Positions 53,586 to 64,000 of a DNA stretch of 64,000 nt are shown piece after piece (the first letter of the stretch is position 1; each line of letters starts with the position of its first letter). This DNA is from the human T2T-CHM13v2.0 reference genome, Homo sapiens. The notes beneath the pieces are model-generated. The model saw only the letters and a program-made list of their open reading frames with translations. It was not told the origin of the DNA and did not search any database. Location of the stretch: assembly GCF_009914755.1 (NCBI RefSeq), contig NC_060936.1; one strand, 5' to 3'. Position numbers and translations under genes: made by a program.

Positions 53586-54935
53586 AGCATTGTTTCCCTG
53601 CCAAATTGGAAAAGGACCGTGCATTTCTGACTCATTTTGTCTAGTGTCTAAAAATGCCACATGTGAATACTTCCCAGATGCTAGTCAGTGAATGAATACT
53701 CATGGTTTAAAAAAATAACAACACAAATGTGTTTTTCTAAAGCTAAATTGGTTTAATGTATCATCCTCTATTCTGAATTTCCTACTAGTATTAAAAAGGC
53801 CTTTTTAAAAAAAAATGAAACAACGGTAATAGTAGCTGGCAGTTGACATTTTAAAATAGTCTCCTTTGATAATATAAGAAAAAGTAGAAATTTTATGTTA
53901 CTACCTAAGCTTTTAAATGTAGACATCTATGAAGTTCTAAAGTCTGGGAAAAGCGAAGGTAGAATTGTTCTAGAATATATGTAGAGGAAACAAGCCTTTA
54001 GCAAAGCATTTAAGGATAAGAAGATTTTGGTAGTTGAAAATTTGTTAAAAAATTTTGCTAGAAGGGGGCACACTGAAGGAGAACAGAGGCATAAAAACAA
54101 AAATACATATGGTTTATAGTCAAAGGACTTGACTGTGACCTACCTGGAGTGTGCACAGTCATGATGGAAAACAAACTGTAAGGAGGAACTAGAATGAAGA
54201 CTTCAGGATTGAATCAGTAGATAATAGGGTGCCATTACAAGTGACTGAGGAGAGAAGTGACAAGTTCCTGACACTAGTACGCATTTAATAAATATTGGAA
54301 GAATGAAAGGAATGAGTGGAATGAATGATGGCCTGGCCTCCAGGGCAGATAAGAATGCAAGATATAATGAAAGGGAAAGAAACAAAAGACAAGAAGACTG
54401 ATAGGAAACCATCTTTTAATGAAAGAGAAAAAGAACCAAATATTTACTCATGAATTCAAAGGGAAAAATTGTTGCATGATGTCTATACCCTCATATGAAA
54501 TAAAGTTTGATTCAAACAGAAAAGCTATTTGGATGGTAATGGCTCTTATGTGAAGATGGCTTCTGAGTCCTTTGGTCTGAGGCTGGGGTTTACACGTTTC
54601 TTTGCTGAGTTGGAGATCACTTTGAAGGGTTTGCATTTCTCAATGGTGAGAGTTTAATTTATTATGCAAAGCTAGTTATCAAGGTCAAGAAAGGTGCAAC
54701 AAAGTACCTACACATTTAATACAGGTGTGGAAACAGCATGACTCATAACCAAGACCATTTACCTCAACCTCATGTTAATTTCCCATGAATATAAATGCCC
54801 ATCTTCTGGTTTTTGTCACTAGTAAGTTTTTACTAGTTAGATACTTTCTGTTTTTCTTTACTTTAGTGAATGTAAGTGCTTGTACTATTTTTATAGAACC
54901 CTAGAACAATACCTGGCACATAGGTCTATATTTGT

Positions 54936-54976
54936 TGGATGGATGGATGGATGGATGGATGGATGGATGGATGGAT
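54936..54976. repeat. (GGAT)n tetranucleotide repeat at an L2 3' tail
   Basis: ~10 GGAT units after ctagaacaatacctggcacatagg...tatttgtt. Confidence 0.88.
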
Positions 54977-55049
54977 ATAATCCAGGAAAGATGGCACTAT
55001 GGAGTTCTAAAAAAAGGAGGGAGGCAGAGGTATCACCAACACTCCACCA

Positions 55050-55320
55050 TCATTACCGCTAACATTATTGCCTACCCTTTCTGGAGCATTTACCTGACAG
55101 GCACATATTTGTAAGTGCTTCAGTGCATTTTCTCCCTCCTGTCTTCACAAGAATTATGACCACGATGCACATAGTATTACTGACCCCATATTATAGACGA
55201 GGAAACAAAAACATAAGGCAGTTAAATAACTTGGCTAACAATCACAGTTAGTCGGAAGTAGAGCCAGGATTTAAATCCTCCCGGAAGAATCTGAGCTCTT
55301 CATCGCTAAGCTGGCCTCCT
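55050..55320 (-). mobile_element. MIR SINE
   Basis: ttatagacgaggaaac...gttaaataacttggctaa...agtagagccaggatttaaatc. Confidence 0.7.
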
Positions 55321-56919
55321 CTGCCCTTCTACCCACTCCATGGCTCTGGGAAATTGGATAGTAAAGGGAGAGGAAGACATAGTTGAGGTTCAAGCTAAAA
55401 CTGGGACACCTGTCATCTGCCCTGGGGGCCGATTTTAAAAAATGACTTGCAGATCTGAATGGATGCCCCAATAATCCATGGAAGGGGGTCCCCCATGTTA
55501 TCAGTTATCTGTGCTAATATACTGGTTTCCTCTGGGGAAGGCAGAGCTCTTCCAACTATTGCAGATAACATTTCAGCACTTTTTTTTTTTTACTTTTTCT
55601 TCACTTTCAGTTCTTACAGATGCTGTTATTCTTGAGTGTTGTTTTGCCTGAGAGAAATACTGTCTAAAACTGCACCAGACCATACAGTAACAGTTTCCCC
55701 GTTTTAAACCATCATTCCAAAATTCCCCATCTTTTCTAAAATAGGAGCAACACTCACTGGTTAAAGCTGTAACTTTCTGTGCAAGGCGGTAAGGAAATGA
55801 TGATGAACTGGGCTGAAGTACAAACAAAAAGAAAATTCAAAATCTACAGGATGAAAGATGTGTTTATTTCCAGAAATGTCTTTCAGAGTTTTTTTAAAGA
55901 CCAAATTACACAATTTGCAGCTGGTTTTTAAAAATATACAGTATCTGCAAATGCTTTATAGCAGACACCTGCAATGTTTTCTATTTGTTTTAATTATAAC
56001 AGAGAATGACAGGAGGCAAACTGAAAGGGGGAGAAGAAGGGGAACAGACACAGGCGAGGGAAGTCAGGAAAGAGCGAAGAGAAGCCCATGCCAGCAGCTA
56101 AGTGATAGGTAATAAAACTGCAGCACTTCCCATATCTTTCTCCATATCAACCTCCAAGAGATTGCTTTAGAAATTGACCACTGGCCAGCTATTCAGAGGC
56201 TTAAATGCAGTGGTCTTGGTTCACTTCACGCATAGGCACTTTACACAGTCCCCAGCTCAGCCAACGTGTTCGTCACAGAACTGCAGGAGGGAAGTGGTAA
56301 ATTTCTGGAGAGTAGAAATGTACTCTCCAGAAACTTGGTTTCTGCCTGCAGTCTGCATTGCCCCTTCCTGCCCCTTTTGAGCAACATCATGCAAATCCCT
56401 CCATCCAGTTCAAATGACCATGCAGAAGGGTGTCTGCCTCCGAGGACTCCTAGAGTACTTCCAGGTGCCCTGCTCATTTGGCTCTTAACAGTGTCCTTGG
56501 ACACATAGTTTTGTATTGTATTTTCATATAACAGCCTTAGACAGTAGCTCAAGAGTGTCGTAAGTGTGTGAGCCTGCTCCACATTACTTTAGGTTACATT
56601 CAGTTTGAGACTGGGTACATTGTTTTTCCTAATGCATCATGGAACTTATAGGATGCCCATAAAACCTGAAAACTTAAATGAAATATACATGTCTTCCAAC
56701 ACATCTTCATCCATAAAAAAGATTTAAATATTATTATTTATTTAATATTATCTATGTGTGCATAGGCTTGAACAAGCCCCTAATGGGGTTAGGGGAGAAA
56801 ACAGTGAACCCAGAAGTCCACTGCTTAACTACTCTTTGCCATTTTCTCTCATTTGAAATGTTATGGTATATTCTACAAAATGAGCTCCCACCCATTTGCC
56901 CAACAAGACTTGTGCAAAT

Positions 56920-57460
56920 TTCTGATGCATTGATTATAATAGTAAAAACAAAGGAAAACCTATGAAATATCCATCAGGTGGAATGGATAAAGAAATAGTG
57001 GCATAGTCATACAAGAGAATATTTTATAGAAGTTACAAATAAGTAAATAATGAATAACTAAACAACATTCGTAAATGGATTAATAACAGAGATATATATC
57101 AATCTGGATTCATCTCAAAAGCAGGTTTAGCAAAAGAAAATCAAGTGTTGCAGGATATATGTAAGAAGATACCATTGTATACTATTTGTATAAAGCTTAA
57201 ACACAGGCAAAACAACATAATACAGTATTTATGGATGAGTACATATATACTAAAAATATTTTTAACACAAGTTCATTAATGATTGACACCAAATTCAGGT
57301 TTGTGGTCACCTCTTGGATAAAGGAGGGAGGATGAAATCTAGGGAAAATGCTCAGGAGGTTTCATTTGTCTTTGTAAAATTTTCTGTCTTAAGCTGAATG
57401 TTTGTTATATTAGTCTCTACTTCTTTTGCATACATAATGTGTTTCATAAATTAAAAACAC
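56920..57460 (+). mobile_element. Ancient L1ME-type 3' fragment
   Basis: aaatatccatcaggtggaatggataaa...gtggcatagtcataca; caaattcaggtttgtggtcacctct. Confidence 0.6.
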
Positions 57461-59157
57461 ATCGATTCCCTTCCTCATCTTGTTGGTTGGCAAGCTTTGT
57501 ATAGTTATTGGCTCGCCTATCAGTAAATAACTAATAAATTGAACTATGATTCTCATCTCATTATATGACTGGAACTGAGTAGTTCACATCTGGTTTCATT
57601 ATTTTGGGTTTTAATGACAACTAAAAATCATTTTGAAACTAATGTTAAACTATATACATATGCCCAATTTTAGAAAACTCAATCTATGAAACTATTAAAT
57701 TTCAATATAAGATAGTAGAGCCTTAATAAATGTTTAATTAAATTGAGTCAGATTCCCTGTTCAATTCCTATCCATTGTAAGTTCCTCACTATAATTTAAA
57801 TTATTTGATTTTCCAAAATTAGATATATGCAGAACTTTTTACATGACTGTTATGCAAAATGAGATTTACTTGTAAAATCCATCTATCATCCATAATTTTG
57901 ATGTTAAAAAATATATTAAGAAAGAAGTTTCTCTTTACTAACACTCATTTTCTATTTCTACTTTCCACTTCAGTAGAGCCTTATGAATTGCAACTTTGAC
58001 TCTAAAATTTCTATAGCAACAGATATTTTTTGTCATAAGTACAGGCATGATTAAGAAGAAGGTTTCAGTGACAGCAGTTTTCTTCATAATTAAATTCATT
58101 AGTTAAAAAGCTGGGTTAAGAGGGATGGGAATTTTTTTACAACGAGTAATAATTTGTAACATAACCTGTAATATATAAACCCTGTAAAATAACCATTTTC
58201 AACTATTCAAAATTAATTGCAAATGAATTGCTTTTGTTCCTGTTTGATATTTAAGATAACTTTCATACATTTTGTATTTAACAGCTTAGAATGGAATAGG
58301 TCTAAAACCAGATTCTGCCCAAGTACAAACCACCCTGAACCATCCCTTTAAATTGTACATGATGTGAAAACTGAGTAGATTTCTAAGAAATTCAAAGATT
58401 TCTAAGTAGTTTCACAACTTGCCTAATTTAATTTTTCCCCACAAGATTCACAAGAATTTATTGGACTGATTTCTTTTCTTATCATTATAAATGCAATTCG
58501 GAACTAATGTAGAAAATCTACAAAATACTGAAAGGTGAAAATAAGTTACCCAGAAGTCAACCACTGTAAAATAACCATTGTTAATATTTAACTACATTTT
58601 CTATAGCCTATCTAATTATTTTCCCTAATAGCCAGAAATAAAACAAAACAATGTTCAGAAAAGTATTGAGATTCAAGTCAACTGTTTATATTCCCTAAGT
58701 GTAACATAGACAGGCCTTTTCAGAGCTTATTGGCTGGGAAAATGCTCAAGTTGAAAATGTTTAGGCCTGCTGGGGTTTGGATGAAATGCAGTTAGAATGA
58801 TCAAGATGTAATTAGGGCCAAAGGAATTGTCCAGAGTTTGTTTTCCTAGTAATAAAGTATATGTAATGATCCATAGGAGGGAAAAAAATTAAATCTTCAT
58901 TTTGTCCTTTGGAGGCTGGTCATTTAATCTCTTTTTCATAGACACATTAGTATTTCTCTGACAAACTGAGCTCATTCATTCAAGCATACATTTGTTCATT
59001 TGATAGATCTTATTCATTAGTCTGGTCCTCTGCTTCCTGGCAAAAATGTCCTTTCTCTTTATTTAAAAAAAAATTATCAAATTCTAGTACTATGCCAGGA
59101 ACTGTGAACACAAGCAGTGACACTTAGGCAGTCCTTTCCTTCAAAAAGCTCACATCT

Positions 59158-59829
59158 GATCCAGTGATCTAACTACTGGCTATATATCCAAAGGAAATGA
59201 AATCAACATGTCTAAGAGATATCTGCCCTCCTGTGTTCATTGCAGCATTACTCTCAATAGCCAGGATATGGAATCAACGTAAGTCTCCATCAGTGAATGA
59301 ATGGCTAAATAAAATGTGGGATGTGCGTGTATATGTAATGAAATATTATTCCGCCTTAAAAAGTAAGGAAATTATGTCATTTGCCACAGCGTGGATGAAC
59401 CTGGAGGACATTATGCTAAGTTAAATAAGTCAGGCACAGAAAGACAAATACTGCATGATCTCACTTATATATGGAATCTAAAAAAGTTAAACTCGTAGAA
59501 GCAGAGAGTAGTTACCAGGGACTAGAGGAGGGGCTGTTGAGGAGATGTTGGTCAAAAATACAAAATTTCAAGTTAACAAGAAGAATGTATTCAAGAGTTC
59601 TATTGCACAAAATAATGACTATGGTTGGTAACAATGTGTTGTACGCTCAAAAATTGCTGAGAGAAGATCTTAACTGTTCTCACCACAAAAAATAAGTATG
59701 TGAGGAAATGCATATATTAATTGTCTCGATTTACCTATTCTATAATAATAATCAATGTATATATATTTCAGAATAACATGTTTGTACATGATAAATATAT
59801 ACAATTTTTATTCATCAATTTAAAAAAAA
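59158..59829 (+). mobile_element. L1MA-type 3' end
   Basis: ORF2 end ([19 protein letters not shown]...SFATAWMNLEDIMLS), 3'UTR, A-tail; TSD-like aaaaagctcacatct / aaaaagactcatacct. Confidence 0.88.
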
Positions 59830-60374
59830 GACTCATACCTAATGGCCTCAAGTCTTCATTCCGGACTCAACCCAGACGTCTCCTCCACCATGGAACCTGT
59901 CCGTACCACTTCCTCCCTGGTGTCTCCATGTAACACATAGGTGCTCTTATCACACTCATTCTATTTTGCACGTGCTTGTTTACATAGCTGTCCTCTCCTT
60001 GAGGTCAGGGACCAAAGTAGGTAGATTTCAAGGAAACAAATAAATTTATGTTCCCACTTTGTACAAAAATTTATTCTTAAGTTTAGATTTATGTTTATTT
60101 GACTCCTACTGAGGTTGAATGTTTTTCACATTTTTTGGTCCACTGTATATTTTTCTGTTGTCATGCTTCTTCAGGATCTTTGCTCAATTTTTTACTTGTA
60201 TGTTCATCTTTTTTTTTTTTTTTGAGATTTCCAAGATCCCTCAATAACAGGAATACAAACTGTTTTTATATATTTTTGTGAATTTTTTTTTACATTCTCG
60301 TTTTCCTTTCCATTTTTGTTTATGGTTCAGTGGTTCTTATTTTTTAAATTGTGGCAGTCTAATCTAGACCATTT

Positions 60375-61310
60375 AGTTATTCGTATTTGAACTTGCTCAA
60401 AAAAATGTAAGGTAGCTTATAAGTATGCATTCAAAATAATGGTAAGATTAATTAAAACCAGACAAGAACAATTAGGCAAGGAAGACATGGTAGAAAAGTA
60501 AGATGGAGCCAGGAGTTGAGCCCTTTTTTTTCTTTTAATTTTTTTAACGTGCCATTCATCCTTTGCATTCACTGGGAGTCAACCATAGATTGGCTGTATG
60601 CTTTCCTGCAGCACTTGTTAACAAGTAAATACAGTGCTTTACAAGATAGATCAACAGCATTTTAAGGGAAAAACGGACTACATACTTAGGAGATGCATTG
60701 CTATTACTGATCCTGGTACTCATTCCAGCAAATAAGTTTTCCTGTGAATCCTGATAATAACATCCCATTAAAAAACTGTCTTCAATAGCAGCCCACAGGA
60801 AAATAAAACACATTTTATAGATCATTTCAAGGACTGTAGACTTTTCTTTCAAGGATTTGTCATTTATTTTATTTTTGCAAAACAATATCCATTTCTGACT
60901 AATTAGTTTAAAACAATTTGGGAGACATGTAGCAAGGGAGGGATATCAAGGAAAGGAATGTTTTTATTGACCTTAGAAACAGTTTAATTTTTGTTCGAGG
61001 AAAAATAATGTGTTTTTTTTTCTTAGAACAATGTTGCTGGTTAAAAATATTTTTCAAATATATTTTGGGTTGTATGGAAAAAACACACCAAAACGGCTAT
61101 TTCTCAAGACTTCAAAGGCTGATTCTTTGAACTGCTTGAAATAAGTTGGTTGATCAATCTTGACATTGCATCCAGAATGAACACAATATACAAGTAGTGC
61201 TTCAGCAATTCAGGTAACCACAAGTACATAGTTCCGCTTGAGGTGCTGGAAGTCAAATTCAAAAGTAGAGAAAAGAGAAACAGTTCTGCAGGAGCTGAGT
61301 CGATATGGGA
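60375..61310 (-). mobile_element. Possible ancient L4/RTE-X LINE fragment
   Basis: tattcgtatttgaacttgctcaaaaaaatgtaaggtagcttataa resembles the L4 3' terminus from memory; highly diverged. Confidence 0.3.
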
Positions 61311-61316
61311 ATACTA

Positions 61317-61747
<431 letters not shown>

Positions 61748-61759
61748 TTATTACATTTA

Positions 61760-62106
<347 letters not shown>

Positions 62107-62164
62107 CTACTACAAGCTTAAGTCTCCTCTAAGTTGTTTCCATCAAGGAACAACTACCCTATGT

Positions 62165-62380
62165 TTGAATAGCAGCGTAGCATCATGGATGAGGGAGTCA
62201 GCTATGACATCGGATAGTCCTGGCTTTCCTTTTACCACCTGCATGAATTTGGCCAAGTTCCTTAACTTCTCTGTACTTCAGTTTTCTCGTCTGTAAATTT
62301 AGGATACATAAAGCACCTAGAACAATGTCCAACACATACTGGATGCTCAATAACAGGTAGCTCTTACCATTATTACATTC
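62165..62380 (+). mobile_element. MIR SINE
   Basis: ggccaagttccttaacttctctgtacttcagttttctcgtctgtaaa. Confidence 0.7.
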
Positions 62381-62499
62381 TTATATTATTACATACATCT
62401 TCGGGGGAAGTTCGTTTCTGTCTAGAAGGATCAGAGGTTATTTATTGTTTTGTTTTGGTTTGGTTTGGTTTTTTTATGGTAATGATAGGAGTTCATTTC

Positions 62500-64000
62500 T
62501 GGTGATAGCAGAGTGGCTTTTATTGAACTACCATTTGCCAATAACAATTTTGAACTCTGGATCAAAAAACAGTGCAAACAATCATAAAATCAGAATTAAA
62601 ATGATGTTTGAAGTCCCTGGGGAATGACTAAAAATAGGCAGAAACCAAAGGAATGGTAATCCTTGAAATATGGAAACAAACTAGGTGAGGTCCACATTTA
62701 AACAGCCTATTCTCTGAGGACACACCTCATCTTGCAAAATACGTAAGGGACAGAGTGCAATCAGGAAGAGGCTGAATGACTGAACTGAGGATTCAGAAGT
62801 CAGGGTGTGGGTCTGCCAGAGTAGTTAGAAATTAAGGAGGGAATGTTTCAACAAGGAGGGAGACAGTGTGGGGAGCCCTAAAATCTGTGCACAAATTCTC
62901 CTAAAACTGTTGGCTGACTACCAACAACACATGGACATGATGAGACTCCAGAGAATCCAATGGAAAGTTATAGCTGAAAGGCTCAAAGAACAAAGCCTCA
63001 GAGATTTCAACAGCTGCATGGTACTGGAGAGACAAATTTTGTAATTCAAGTCCAGTCAAGGAAAAGGGACTTAATAAATTATTTGTGCTTTTCATTAAAA
63101 CCCTAGGAGGGAAATACCTTAAGAATAAGGATTTTAGAACCAAGGACTACAAATGAGGCCTAACAGCAAAGCAAAAATAGGCCCACCCATCAAACCTCCA
63201 TAAGATAAAAGTGGTTGTCAGTAATTTAACTGTATGCTAGAACAAAACTCAACGATGTTGCCCACAATGTACAGTAAATAATTAAAAATTACTTTATATA
63301 CAAAGAAGCAGGAAAATATCATCCACAATCTAGGAAAAAAACAGTCAACACATTTCCAGAAGTTCCAGGTATTAGAATTAACAGATGGAGACTTTAAAAT
63401 AACTATAATATACATGTAAAATAATCTATTGAAAAAGATTGCTATAATGGATAAAGAGATGGGGGATATCAGGATACATATGGAAATGGAAAAAGAACCA
63501 AATGGAAATCCTTAAACTGGAAAAATAGATCTGAAATTTAAAAATTCATTGAATGGACTTAGCAAATTAGGTGCTACAGAATTTTTTTTAAAAAATAGTA
63601 CACTTCTGGACAGATCAGTAGAAATTATCTAAGCACTGAGAAAAAAATGATTTTCAAAAATTTCAGAGCTATGATGGCCTATTCATGTTTCGACATGTGT
63701 GAAACTGAAGTCTAAGATAGGAAGGGAAGTTAGGAAAGAGCCCCAGATAGGAAGAAATTGAAATCCTAGATAGGAAGGAAAGAGTCCTTTGAAAAAAGGA
63801 TGGCAAAATTTTTTCAGATTTGATTTAAAATATTAACCACCTTTGGATTTAGGAAGTTCAATGAACTCCAAGCATGATAAATAAAAAGAAAACCACACCC
63901 AAGCAAATCATAGTCACAGTTCTGAAAATCAAAAATAGGAAAAACATATTAAAATCAACCAGAAGAAAAAACACAAAGTCCTAAGGAAGAGGGCAATAAG
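62500..64000 (+). mobile_element. Ancient L1M 5' region/ORF1, runs off the window end
   Basis: aaagaaccaaatggaaatccttaaactg; gaagttcaatgaactccaagc...aagaaaaccacacccaagcaaatcatagtc are ORF1 relics. Confidence 0.7.

Overview
Primate (human-like) genomic DNA, AT-rich and dense in interspersed repeats (Alu, L1, L2, MIR, MaLR/ERV LTRs, hAT MITEs). Four short + strand exons (3727-3833, 9763-9901, 20807-20881, 52601-52734) splice in frame into the last 146 aa of a large protein: VLLLYAYNLK...IPLNR|VIAIHEK...DNEME|DMIIQ...PLSE|VPFDISLP...FNWIVSIIP*. I recognise this from memory as the 3' end of CFAP54 (cilia- and flagella-associated protein 54); no search was run. The first intron needs a non-canonical GC donor, and the stop exon is followed by a further 3'UTR intron whose acceptor I could not place in the window. 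Nearly all ORFs in the supplied track are repeat-derived or chance. I found no evidence for a new gene-encoded biological system. The best leads are: (1) the GC/GT tandem donor, a possible NMD switch; (2) a THE1 LTR transcript apparently retroposed by L1 machinery; (3) a 2.7-kb AT-rich block with a fold-back junction, an embedded unique island and a polarised 27-bp minisatellite; (4) a tightly spaced inverted Alu pair; (5) a multi-layer MIR>L1(twin-primed)>THE1/MST nest. Repeat subfamily names and the boundaries of old repeats are by-eye and approximate.
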